The notes beneath the pieces are model-generated. The model saw only the letters and a list, made by a program, of their open reading frames with translations, was not told where the DNA came from and ran no database searches. The translations under genes were made by a program, and so were the position numbers. Positions 1 to 12,090 of a stretch of 64,000 nucleotides of DNA are shown piece by piece. Positions within the stretch are counted from its first letter, which is position 1. The number at the start of each line of letters is the position of its first letter. The stretch is from assembly GCA_965153285.1 (NCBI GenBank), contig OZ229120.1. The stretch is one strand, 5' to 3'. The DNA comes from Podarcis tiliguerta. Its lineage: Eukaryota.

Positions 1-103
1 GGTTCCCTGTAACTTCACTTCTCACAGTGAGGGAACCGCCAGAAGACCCTTGGAGGACCTCAGCGTCCAGTCTGAGCAATGGGGATGGAGATGTTCCGTC
101 AGG

Positions 104-205
104 AATTTTGTGACTATTTAAATATAATTTTGTGACTATTTAAATATAATTTTGTGACTATTTAAATATAATTTGGTGACCATTTAAATATAAATGGTCA
201 CAAAA
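104..205. repeat. 22-bp tandem repeat x4 (aattttgtgactatttaaatat) followed by an inverted partial unit
   Basis: Units at 104, 126, 148 and 170 (last has 2 substitutions); aaatggtcacaaaa at 192-205 is the reverse complement of ttttgtgaccattt. Confidence 0.9.
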
Positions 206-1329
206 CAGCTCACAAAGTTGTTTTCAAAGTTGAAGGATGGGCCAGTATGTATCGTGTGAAAGACATGTTATACTGTGGATATTTCTGTCTGTGTTTGACT
301 GAAACTTGAGAAACAGAATATATTATTTCAGTGATTTGATTATTCAGTTGCTGTACTTAAACAAAGGTATGTAGAATTAGGTGATACAAGGGAGTAGGTC
401 ATCACTAGCACCAAGCTCCATCTTCAGTATAGGCATAGCAGCAAAACATTGGAATTTTGTTTTAGATCTTTCCAACCTCTTATAGTTCCACTGCTAAAAC
501 ATGATTCTGTGCCTCTGTTCTGTGGAAGTTGGCTAGTTTTAAGGCATTTCAATGAATGTTTCAGTTGTAATGGCATAGACATCTCATGGTTCCACTACAG
601 ATCCAGAGACTCATAGGACTGGGATGTTGAAAACAAGAGAATTCTAGTCCCCCAAAGTCAGGAAAATATTCAGTGAAAGGACCCTATATTCATCTTACCT
701 TCAAATCTCATGGTCCTGAAACAGGCTGTGGTATTTGAGGAAGTATTTTATCCTTTTCTCATCTTGTCAGATAAAGAATTAGAAAATTATTTTGGGATAA
801 ATGCATCACTTTCCCCACCTTGGTAGCTAGTACAATCATGCCAATAACTATTAAATACACATTGCCAACATATGCAAATCCTTTTTTTGGGACACCTACC
901 AACGTGTTGGCAGCAGAGAGATTCTTGATAAGGAGAACAATACAAAATGAATGAACATTATTCATTGGGTAATATGGCAAGAGAGTGAAAAAATGGTTAT
1001 AGTTTATTCAGATAAATTTACATTGATAATCCTAAAGCAGGGTGTTCTTGAATGAAAGAATGTGGAACTTGCCTTTCTATAAAGTTGGCACAAACCACCT
1101 TAGGCCAATTGCATTCTGATGTGAAATAATTCTCTAGCCCTCCAGTGGGAGTTTGTTTGTTTAATAAGATGTAGATTTTTTTTATCAGGTGTTGTCATGA
1201 TTTATTTATTTTTTAAAAAACCTAATACTTCTGACAGAAAATTAAGAAGTAACAGTAAAAATTATGCTGAATCTTGTATCCAATGTTAAGCGAATCTTAT
1301 TTTTCTTAAGAAATAAGGATAACCTGGTC

Positions 1330-1800
1330 TCATTAGTGAAGTTAAATCTAAGTTGCATTTGACAGGCTGCCTGGGAAACAGTTTATTATTATTTTTTGCT
1401 ATCTGTGGGTTTTAATTAAGATGTGTTCAATTATAGTCTCCTCACACACTCACTCCCCCTGCTTGCTGTGTCACAGACTGGTGATCAGGGCGCTTTCAGA
1501 TGGTCCGGCCCATGACTTTGACCTTCTGCGCGGTCCAGCGTTCCCTGGGGAACCGTTCAGCTCATGAGGTCTGATTTCACACTTCCAGGATGCCTCGGCT
1601 CTCTTAACAATGACAGGGAGACAAAGCCCTTTAGAACGGGCCGCACGGGGACTTGTTTAAATTGGAAACTAGAGAGGAGTCAAGGAACAAGGTTATGGAC
1701 TATAGAATAGTGTTTTTAATAAAGAGCTCACAGCTCTGGTTCAGCTCAAAGAAGGTTACCTCTGTACAATTAATTGAGCCATTTATTTTGGCTTCTAATT
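1330..1800. promoter_or_regulatory. Candidate intronic enhancer / conserved non-coding element
   Basis: No recognisable repeat; 10 CpGs in ~1490-1650; clustered CAGATGG (1497), TGACTTTGACCT (1513), TCCCTGGGGA (1542), AACAATG (1606), TGACAG (1611). Conservation not verified. Confidence 0.5.
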
Positions 1801-2739
1801 TTTCACAGAATGGTATGATAAATATTAGCTAAAAGGCAAACGAGATATGATGTCATGCATTTCAACATTAATGTGGGCTTTTTAAAAAGCAATCAAAGAT
1901 ATATTTGCTTGGATTTCCCCCCCATTTTCTTAATTGCCCAAGGTTTGGGATTTTCCTGGATAAAAGATGGAATTTGCTTGACGGCTTACTGTTCTTGGAT
2001 TTATTATCCTTGATGTTTCAATGCTTCGTGTTAGAGGCCAAAGGGAATGTAGCATGAAAGATGCAGTCATCCTGAATGCAAGTAAAATTCCCGGAAAACT
2101 GAATGTTCTTACTGCTTAGTATCATACTTTTGACTTTCATTTACGCTATTGTTGATGAATCCTGCATAACAGTAGTGTAATTTGTCTCAAACAAAAAACA
2201 GCAGTCCAGTATTAATTTCAGTTACAAGGGTAGTGTGCTGTTCTAGCTGGGTGGGAGAGCCAGCAGGCATCAGACAAAACACCAGAAGTGGCAGGTGAGA
2301 AGGTTTTGGATGGAGATTTGGCAGTTAGCAGTGAACAAGTTTGTAGCTACCAAGGTTGTGAGCTAATTCTGCAGAAATGCAGTAGCTCCTTGACTAGTGC
2401 ACACATTGCTCAAACAAAAGCCATAGTTTATTTGAGTCTGGTGTAGACTTGATGACTCCTGAAATCCTGCACCTTGTCTAAGAATGAGGAAATTTAAAAG
2501 GCAACTCATTCAGTCACTATTGAATGATTTCATACTGCATTGCACATCATCTCAACTGGAAGGGGTCTACAAAGAGTGAGTATTATTGTGTTTGAGTGTG
2601 GAGTTATGAGTTTTCATTAGAAAAATCTTAACAGTCCTCTTTCTGGAGAGGACTCTGGCAATACATGGACTTTGATGTTCCAGGAGTGTTCCTGACTATG
2701 TTTCAGACAGATACGATTTTTTTTAACTGGTAAGCAATG

Positions 2740-3030
2740 CTTCAGTAAAAGTTTTCAGGTTGGTTTACATTTAAAAGATACAAAATAATAAACAATAAAA
2801 GAATAAAACTAAAAAACAACTGCATAAAATATCTTATAGGTTACACGTTTTGGGGAAATGAAAAGGTTTTTTAACTAATGCCAAAATGAAATTGACGTAG
2901 ATACCAGGCAAGCCTTCCTGGAGAGATAATTCCATAAGCAGGGGGCAATGACTGAGAAGGCCCTGTCTCCAGAAAGTGACTTCCAAAAATTATTGAAAAG
3001 GCCTCCGCAGCAGGCTCCTCTGGCTTTTAA
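2740..3030 (-). mobile_element. Degenerate L2-clade LINE 3' end
   Basis: A-rich tail region followed by ...ccaggcaagccttcctggagagataattccataagcagggggcaatgactgagaaggccctg, resembling the reverse strand of squamate L2 3' ends (APxLWNxL in ORF 2875..3066). Confidence 0.55.
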
Positions 3031-4889
3031 TGTCTGTCGGAAAGCAGAGTCACAACACCTGGGCATTTATGTTACTAAGAACAGTTCATTTTCCTAGTTT
3101 TTGCTGTATGCTGCCCTTTGCTTTGCCTTCTTTTTCAGTATGAAAACACTTGGGATATTAAGATGGCTGAGATATGATCAGGTTGTTGAAAGCAATCAAC
3201 ACTTTGTGGTTAATATCTGAAAATGTGAAGCTAACAAGATGCAAACTTGTTTTAAACACTGATGTTGACTACATATGTTGAATGGAAAACTCCTAGCCTA
3301 TTTGTGTTAGGAACTTCCCAAATGTATTATTAGAAGCTCCCGTTATCTGTAAATGCTTTCTTTAATATCTGAAATGGAGCAGTAGATTTTTTGCATATAT
3401 TCACACAAGTAGGGCAACCCATCCCTTAGGGTGTCTTCCATACCTGTCTCCTAGCCCTCTTGCAGTTTTGAAGAATGCAGAAAAAGTAGGTCAGCTAGAT
3501 ATTACCAAGTCACAGAACCTGTGATTCACTTAGAAATACCTACGCTCATGCCTCAAACCCCTGGAATCAATGAAATCAGTTGGCAGATCTCCTGTTACTT
3601 GAACTCTTCTTTTGTCCAGTGTAATCCTTTGCTTCCTCAGGGTGGATTTCTTTTCCTTCGCCCTGATCTATCATCTGTTGCTTTGAGCTGCGTATCTGAA
3701 TTCCGCCATCTTCAAAAAGAGTTGCATATGAAAAAGTGGAAATGTCTGCCTATGTTTATAAATATAAGTGGAAAGCATTGTAAGTGTAGAATGAGATTTA
3801 TTTTTTTTAAGGTGGTGTGGCAGTATTAAGCTTTTTTAAAAAAAATGTGGGGGCTTATTGGCAAGGAAAACCTTGGTACTGGGGTGGCAGTTACGTGGCG
3901 CAATTCTTTTATGTTTATAAGTTACAATTAAACAAGAAAGGACAACCTGTTGCCTCAATCACTTCAGTGCAACCTATTTAGTGACCCCTGCGATGACCAA
4001 GATAGCGAGGTCAAGAGCTTCATGTGCACTTCTGTTTCTTCAGCAGTGGCTCAGATATTCCACAATCCAGTCAACCCCACAAAATTATGTTCCTAATGCC
4101 TACATTTCCCTCATGCATCTTGTTTGTCTTGGATGCTTGGTCAATCACACTTCCTCAATTCTGCAAACACCTTTCATTCTCTTTCTGCTACTTATGGCAA
4201 GTCTCCACATCAGCAGTTAACTTTTATCTTCGTGCAGCACTCATGTCTGTGAACCTCAGTCCTCTAGTTCTTTGCTTCTAAAAGCTCCAGGTAGTTGCAT
4301 TCTCCCATTGCCTGTGATGGTTATCATGCTGGGTTGGGTAACAGTGCCACTTTGTGGTTGAAGCCAGGAATTAGAACTTGAGGGAAGCTGTCAGCTCCCA
4401 TAATTCACTTAGCTTCCTGCTTTCGTTTTTATTGAAGCTTTTTCATAAAACTATACAGTAAAAAACTAATCAAAATTTTTAAAAAATAGAAAAGAAAATG
4501 CAAGGGTAAATCTTAACCCTTGTCTCACACAGAAAGGGGGAGGGTCCTTCCAGCCCTCACCTGGGAACTTCCCTTTCGTCTCCCATCCTCCCACTCTGGG
4601 CATCTTCCCTTCCTGCCTCTCACACAGGAAGAGGCCACTCGTTGGCCATTTGAAATGCAGCTGCTGGCGGGAACTTGAGCCAACTACCCAGGCGGCTTGG
4701 AGGAATTCCCCCAATTGCTGCCTGGCCATGTCTGTTCCATTCTAGCTGCCCAGGGATAGACACTGAGCACCCACTGCCAGATCCAAAGGCATATCCTTCC
4801 TCTGTCCTCCTTTTGTCTGTTGGAGTCCCTCAGTGCTTGTGTTTGACCCTCTTCTAAAGAAGACCAGTGGACATTGCCTGTAGCTTTCA

Positions 4890-5555
4890 GTACCACACAA
4901 TATGCTGATGACACCCAGCAATTCCTGTATGGTGGTACCTCAGGTTACGAACTTAATTCGTTCCGGAGGTCCGTTCTTAACCCAAAACCGTTCTTAAGCT
5001 GAGGATCGCTTTCGCTAAAGGGGCCTTCACTGACACCCCACCACCGCCACATGATTTTCATTCTCATCCTGGGGCAAAGTTCTCAACCCGAGTTACTATT
5101 TTCGGATTAGCAGAGTTTGTAACCCAAAGCGTTTGAAACCCGAGGTACCATTGTATTCCAGAACTTTATTCCTGCATTCAATCGCACATCTACAGCTGCC
5201 TGTCTCGTATTGTCACTTGGATGCTTCTGTCATTTTAACTGTAATACTTCAAAGACAGAACATCTTATCTTCCTTCCCAAGACCTCCTCTCCTTATACAT
5301 TCTCCATCCACTCAATTTAACAGGTACAGAGCCTCAGTTTTCTTCTTCCTCTCCCTTTTTTACTTCCCATATGCAATTTGTGGCCAGCCTATAATTCTTC
5401 TTCCCTTTGCATATAGCGCTGCAAAATTATGCTTCTTCCTTTCAGTGAAAATTGGATAATGCTCTGGTCCTTTCTCACTTGCCCTATTTCACTTGCTACC
5501 TTATGCAGATTATATTACTGCAGTGCATTATATGTGGGGCTACCTTTGAAGGCAA
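4890..5555 (+). mobile_element. Degenerate L2-clade LINE reverse-transcriptase fragment, interrupted by a MITE
   Basis: caatatgctgatgacacccag = QYADDTQ at ~4898; CL...WM...KTE remnants after the MITE; YCSALYVGLPLK-like at ~5515-5552. Confidence 0.75.
4930..5153. mobile_element. Tc1/mariner-pogo (Tigger-like) MITE, 224 bp
   Basis: Terminal inverted repeats (TIRs) tggtggtacctcaggtt / aacccgaggtaccattg, flanked by TA at 4928-4929 and 5154-5155; removing it rejoins the L2 sequence. Confidence 0.85.
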
Positions 5556-5683
5556 ATTCAGATTAGACAGACTCCTAGTCTTCTAGGGCTGCTGCCAGTC
5601 ACTAGATAAATCAATGGCCTTGACTTGGTATAAGACAGCATCCTAAATTAGGAAACTACAGTTTGGAATGCACTCAGATGCAA

Positions 5684-6010
5684 TGTTGTTATTGGCATCT
5701 ATCTGTCTCAAGAGACAATGGAGCACCCCTCCAGAGGTGAAGTCAAATCACTGGAGAATCACAATGCTTGCTGTGGCCGAAGAGACCAGAAACTTGTAAC
5801 TGCTGCCTCCAATGTTCTTTCTGCTGTATTAGCAGCACCAAAGTGACCTCTCCGGGACACAAGCCTGTGTAGTACATATGAAGGTCCTGGGCTACCTAGA
5901 TGACAAGACCCCCCTATTGGCCTCGCTGATGTGGTGTACAGAAAAGCAAAGCAATGCATTTGGCATCACCTTTGTCACCAGCTTGGCTGTAGGAGTTGCC
6001 GGAATGACAT
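5684..6010 (-). mobile_element. Non-autonomous RTE-derived retroelement (RTE 3' tail plus non-coding body)
   Basis: The reverse complement of ~5690-5790 aligns by eye to 42708-42808, which follows RTE RT-coding sequence; (CAA)-type tail on the minus strand. Confidence 0.7.
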
Positions 6011-6956
6011 CTCGTCCATTCCTATGCCCGTTTGAAGGTGCTAGTCTTTTAAAGCTCTTCATGACGTGATACCAGGGTACATGAAGGATCACTTCTTTCC
6101 ATATGTCACACACTAAGCACTTCATCAGAGTCTCTTCTCTGGGTTGAAGTTCAACATGTGGTCACCAAGAAAAGATCCTGCTCATTAGTCTCACATAGAA
6201 GGTACATACATGTTGCAGTCACAACAAAGAAGTAAAGTTTCCAAATACGGTAAAAGATCGCACCTTAGGACAATTTGCTATACATATGTCTTTAGGTTTG
6301 TGGGATCATTTTTAAAGTAACTAGATATTTATATCCATTTTTTCAGAAAATATGCTTATTATTATTTATAAAATATATATACCACCCTTCATCCAGAGTG
6401 GTTCAGAATATTAAAAGACAATATAAAAAAACAACAAAATACATAATAAGAATAGGAGAAAAGCAAACCAGTCATCCCACCCACCCACATAATGAGAGAT
6501 GTGGAAGTGATTTTGTGCAAATCTAATATTATTTTAAGGCTTGTAATAAATACTCATAATCATTTTCACATGGTGGAAGACCTTAGACATTAAGCCCCTG
6601 CATTATTGATATGCCTATTGTGCACCCCTGATTTAATCATGCCTATATTTTGCATGTTAAAATTATTAACCTATAATATTGATTCTCTTGTCTATGCACC
6701 GTGAGGAAGCTAAATTGATGTGATTATATATTTGGAACGCATGAATTTGTGTGTTGCCAGACTAAATCAACACAGTGAAGAGTATTTTCGTAACGGTAAT
6801 GCTATTATGATATGTTAAAATTATTTGTGACCTTAACATTAGCTGCTGAGAGTTAATTATAAAATAGATTTTAGTTGTAGTAAAAAGATGAACTTTGGAC
6901 TTATTACTACAAATATATAGGCACACACCCCCATGTGCATTTTTGCAGACAGCTTG

Positions 6957-6959
6957 AAA

Positions 6960-6994
<35 letters not shown>

Positions 6995-6996
6995 AT
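6957..6996. repeat. (AAAT)10 microsatellite
   Basis: Direct reading. Confidence 0.95.
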
Positions 6997-7218
6997 TGGC
7001 TTTCCCTTGCTTGGGACTACTGCTTGAGCAAGGGAAGACAGCCGCCTTCTACTCACCTCCGTGCCCCCCCATCCTGGCACCAATTCTTCTGGACACCTTC
7101 CTTGGCCCTCACCCTGCATGGCCAGCTGTTGCTACTCTGGGCACTAGCTCCCCTCAGCCAAGCAGGAAGGCTTGGGATAGGTCGGTCAGTGGCCCTGAGT
7201 GATTTCCAGGTTGAGTTT

Positions 7219-7221
<3 letters not shown>

Positions 7222-7253
<32 letters not shown>
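7222..7253. repeat. (TC)16 microsatellite
   Basis: Direct reading. Confidence 0.95.
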
Positions 7254-7255
<2 letters not shown>

Positions 7256-7622
7256 CGCACCCTCCACACGTTACCTGATTTCACTTATGTGAGTGGGGCC
7301 CTGGAATGTAACACCCATGGGGGGGGGGCGCTGTACTGGCCTTTGTTGTTTGTTCAAGACCAGCACTGGAGGCCCTTCTCCAGGTTCCCCCTTTGAGAGA
7401 GGGTTGAAGGTTGTGGAAAAGGGAGAGGGCCTTTTTGGTTTTGGCCCCCTGGTTATGGAATACTTTCCTCAGTGAGGCCTGCTTGGTACTATCATGACCA
7501 TATTTTTGATGCCAAGTTAAGATCTTTCTTTTCTCCCAGGCGCCTGTTGATTTGTGATATAGTGATTATACTGTTGTTTGACTGGTCATCATAAATTGGT
7601 TGGTGTGGTTGATGCTCTTAAT

Positions 7623-7819
7623 CATGGGTAGGCAACCTAAGGCCCTGGGGCCGGATACATGAGTAGAATGTGTGCTTTTATTTAAAATGCATCTCTGTGG
7701 GTTATTTGTGGGGGCATAGGAATTCATTCATTCCCCACCCCCCAAAAAATAGTCCGGCCCCCCACAAGGTCTGAGAGACAGTGGTCTGACCCCCTGCTGA
7801 AAAAGTTTGCTGACCCTTG
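7623..7819. mobile_element. hAT (Charlie-like) non-autonomous element
   Basis: Termini catgggtaggcaacctaaggccc... and ...gaccccctgctgaaaaagtttgctgacccttg; internal tagtccggccccccacaaggtctgagagacagtg resembles Charlie/OC1-type MITEs from recall; TSD not intact. Confidence 0.7.
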
Positions 7820-9053
7820 TAATACTGGTTTTATCTGGTGATGTCTTTAGGTATTTGTGATTATGTGTATTTTATTGTTTGTTTAAATTGTGATGGCTTT
7901 ACTTTAAATTTCTTTTGTTTCACTAGTGGTGGTTGATGAATTCATTCTTCAAGTTTGGGATAAATGATATTTTTTGCAAAATAAAAGCATCAACTGCAGT
8001 TGCATATTTAAAATAATTTTTATTTGCCATTAAAATTCATAATGTGCACATTAACCTGTGATGGCGTTTGAATCAATATTGCCGTTTGGAAGATGTGATT
8101 CCTGGACAGCTTTGCTAAATATTGATTTAATTGTCATTTGTTTAAGGTATGAAACAAATTGCATGGCTTACTGATATTGTTAATCTGGCCCCTTTGAACT
8201 GCTGAATCTATGGGTTCATGTAATACATGGCATTACATTACAAAAATATTGAAATTATTGTAGAATACAATTGTCTTGTGCATTAGATTTGCTGGATTGC
8301 TGCAAGATCCATCAGGGTTTTCCCCCCAACCATTTTACCATCAATATTAGATCAGGGGCATTAGATCAGGTCTTACCACTTCTTCCCCCCCTCTCCCTTT
8401 CAATTTATGCCAACATGTTTAATGTGGTAAAATTGAGCTTGTGTCTATTGGCTGTTTGGCAGTGTATTGTGAATGGGAAGAGTTTTCTTGATGGAAATTC
8501 ACTGTGTTGTCTGAAATATGAATTCACATGGAAATTGGCATTAATACATTGTTGTATTACGTTGGATAATTATAACACTTAACTTGGCAACATAGAGTTC
8601 AATGAGATTTACGCTCTAGTAAGTATTAATTTAAATATTTGTAGAATTGAAGTCTAAATTAAATTAAAGGCAACATGAATGGTGAAATTAGTTATTTTCA
8701 AAGGGAATTAAAATTGGTATATTACTAATGTTTTATTTCCCCCCCAGCACAACCATATTTCATTACTCCAAAATTAAACCTAAACCTTGCTCTCTGCATT
8801 GTGCAATATGGATTTGTTATCAAAACTAGGCCCTGTTTCCTTAGTTTTCTAACTGTCCAAATAATTTTTGATCTGTTGATCAGCATTTGACACTCTAAAA
8901 CTTTAAGTATGTCTTGTTCCACTGCAGAATTAGTGAGTAAACATGCAGGTTGCTTTCATTGTTATAGTGTGAATTCAAGTTGCTGTACATAGAATGTAAA
9001 GATAATTTTAAGTTGCAAAGTATTCATAATATTGTTAAATGATCTTTTCCCAG

Positions 9054-9156
9054 GTAAAAGTGATCCATTTTGTGTAGTTGAGTTGAACAATGATAGACTG
9101 CTGACCCATACGGTGTACAAGAATCTTAATCCTGAATGGAACAAGATCTTCACATT
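9054..9156 (+). CDS. MCTP1: MCTP1 coding exon (103 nt), third C2 domain: (G)[33 protein letters not shown](F)
   Basis: Acceptor ttttcccag|GT, donor TT|gtaagt; C2 motifs SDPF and LNPEWN; ends in phase 2, matching the next exon. Not in the ORF track. Confidence 0.96.
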
Positions 9157-11209
9157 GTAAGTCTTAATGTTTCGCTTTTGAATTTTACTTGTATACCTGG
9201 CTAATCATTTCAAAGCTATCAAGATAAAGCTAAATTTTTTTGATTTCTTAAGTGGAGCAAGAGATTTCATTGGAACGAACAGAAGTATAAAGTAGATAAT
9301 TTCTCTCTTTGATTTTGCCTTCTGAGTGATGATACTCCAAATGTCAATATACTTTGAAGGTACCATAGTATACTGCTGTGCAGCTACTAGGCTGAAACTT
9401 TTTAATGTTCATTCCAATAATTTTTAGAATTTATTGGGCAGTTTTACCCATATTCCTGACCACCCATACTGCTGCTACCGAGTTGATGCTGAGGAAGATG
9501 TCCAATATAACCCCATTCATGTTATTTCAACTTTAAATGTGAGTAAGCAAACTCACCAATACTGGACTCAGAATAATGCTGATTTTCTTTCACAATGATC
9601 CTCTCTTGCATTTAGAACTGTAGGGCAGAGTCTGAGAATCCTGAACATTTGTTGACCCTCATAATAGTATCTTGAATGCTAGGCCTGTTGGCTCCTTCAT
9701 TATATTGAGATTATTCCTCTGAATTAATTTTAGAGGGGAGGGGAGGAACCATAGAGGTAAACAAAAAGTTAGAGTGGATAAAGTGGCAGTGAGTATGGAA
9801 ATATTATTGGAGCTTTTATATATTGTTTTCCTTGGTGCATTTATCCTGGAGGTGTGAATTTGGTTTATTAACTTTAAAAGGTGAGCAGGATGAAATTCTC
9901 ATTGTCTTTACTAAATCAGTGGTTTATGGAGGGAAACTGAAGGCCTGTCGTGATTATAGGTGAAAGCCATTGCTCAGTAGTACAGCACGTGAAACCTTGC
10001 CTGATGACAGAGGGTTGGGCTACACAGTCTGCTGAACAGCAGATTGTTGGCACACAACCCTTCAGCTCTGTTACTGTGATTATTCACATAATGAATGGGA
10101 GCTGGATATAGGAAAGAATATTAAGAGGCTTATTCTTCTGTAAGATCTTATTTTCCCCCTCTTATTAATTATGCTCATTCCTTTGCTTTTTGTAATGTTC
10201 TGATCTCCGGTCTGTTGGAGTGAAGATGATATTTTAGATTAAAAGCCCTAATCAAAGGGGTTTCCTCTAGCATCGGGGCGCTGTGCTAGATGGAGTTGCA
10301 TTACAACTTTAGAATTCTGTGAAACTTCTATTTATGAAACACTCTTTGTGATGGAAAATTACTTCAATACTTAATAGTTTCTCAGTGGCAATATTTTGAA
10401 ACATTTAAAAATTAAAGAATCAGGCATCTTTTTTTTTCTATGGCTGCTCCAACTGCAGTACAACACAAAGCGAAAGTAAATCTGTTTCAGGTTTGTTTGT
10501 TTTTGCTGCTTCACTATCCACTAAATGTTCCCAGCTGGAAGCTTTAGTCTTATGTGTGTTCAGGCAGTCGCCTTCTACATTTTTGGTTTTATAAGAACCA
10601 AGTTACCGGTAATACTTACCATGTAGCCTGTAAGATCTATTTAACCCCCTTCCCCCACTTTCTTTGTGAGATTGAAGAAACACAACAATAAGCTATCAAT
10701 TTAATTGTTATCATTATTGTTATTTGTTTGTTTGTTTATTATCTGCCCTTCACCTTAAGGTCCCAGGGTGGGGCATAACATTAAAACAGAATATTAAAAC
10801 TGTCTAAAACACCTTACAATCAAAGAATAAGGTGAGTCAAAAATATACACCTCAAGTGTTCAATTCCAGGGTGAAGAGGTGTGTATTAAGGGGTGCATCC
10901 CCATTCAGCATTCTGTGTATTTGCAAAATATGCTGCATTCAGTGCTAATTTTGTTTATATGCAAAAGTTCCAACAATCAACCCCCATTATTTCATTATAC
11001 AACATCTCAGTTAACTATTGCAAATTATCTTGAATGCAGTATATCATGAGTCACACATCTTTAATCTTTGATTTTTGTCCCACTCCTTACTTGTATATAT
11101 TTTTCAAAGTTGATTATGCCACATTCCTCTATGTATTACCTGGATATGAAGTGCTAATTATTTTTCCAATGTAAATATCAGTAGCACCTAAATATTTATA
11201 AAAGTACAC

Positions 11210-12090
11210 ATGGAGCTTGTTTAGACATAAGGGCCAAGCTATAGTTTAGCGTAAACATGAAGGCTCCTGGGCAGGCATAGGAAAACTCAGCCCTCCAGAT
11301 GTTTTGGGACTACAACTCCCATCATCCCTAGCTAACAGGACCAGTGGTCAGGGATGATGGGAGTTGTAGTCCCAAAACATCTGGAGGGCCGAGTTTGCCT
11401 ACGCCGGCTCTTGGGAAGAAAATTCCATGCAGCTGCTTAGTTCTTCCTCTGGTCCTGATGGTGTAAGCTAAGTCATTGTTTGACTTAGTCATCCAAATTT
11501 GGGGTCATGTCTTCTCTAGACAAACCATGATCTTGGAACAAAAGCTTATTCTTAGGGTTTGTATGGAGAAGAAGCATAGCCGCAAGAGGCCTGGAAGAGG
11601 CTTGCATCAGGCACAATCTCCTCTTTGGGGACCCTCTCTCATTCACGCTAAGCCATAGTTTGGCTCAGCACTGCATGCCAACTATCTCATAATTAAACCA
11701 TATTTAAAGGTTGAAAGACTGAACCTTACAAATCTTCAGGTTTGCACATTTCATCCCTCCTCTGGCACAGCCATGTGGGCTTTAGGAGGATTTACTTCCA
11801 TCTTAGGTTAACTGTGGCTTGCAATGTCATCTGAATGTGGACAAGCTGTGGTCAAACTTAGCTATAGTTAGTGAAAACAAACCAGCTTCTAGTATTTAGG
11901 AAAATAACTTTTTTTTTTAAGCCATAATTAAGACTAACCACAGTTTAGGGGCTCATATAACTTGCCCAAGCGCAACATGCTAAACAACCAAAGAGAAGGG
12001 GGACGTGTGTGAACCTGGTAGCAGGCTAGACCTAACATTCTTTTCCTACTAAACCATGATTTATGTTTACATCTGAATGCAGCCTAGCTG
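11210..12090. mobile_element. Old degenerate non-autonomous DNA-transposon-like repeat hosting the MITE
   Basis: Recurrent aaaccat(a/g) / (c/t)atagttt / catctgaatg motifs in both orientations; related motifs recur at ~58900-59080 and ~63890-63950. Family and boundaries uncertain. Confidence 0.4.
11272..11407. mobile_element. Palindromic hAT MITE, 136 bp (copy 1)
   Basis: Near-perfect fold-back with a 40-bp perfect stem (11290-11329 / 11350-11389); 8-bp TSD ctcctggg / ctcttggg. Confidence 0.92.

Noticed and set aside
104-191. Regular short repeats as a CRISPR-like array
   Set aside because: Head-to-tail units with no unique spacers, in a vertebrate intron.
1-9053. Search for the preceding MCTP1 exon (DVGFLQVKVIRAEGLMAAD-like)
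   Set aside because: Not found by eye; presumed upstream of the window, though a missed exon cannot be fully excluded without TBLASTN.
9960-10030. tRNA-like A-box (gctcagtagtacagcac)
   Set aside because: No B-box or cloverleaf; at most a decayed tRNA-derived SINE head.
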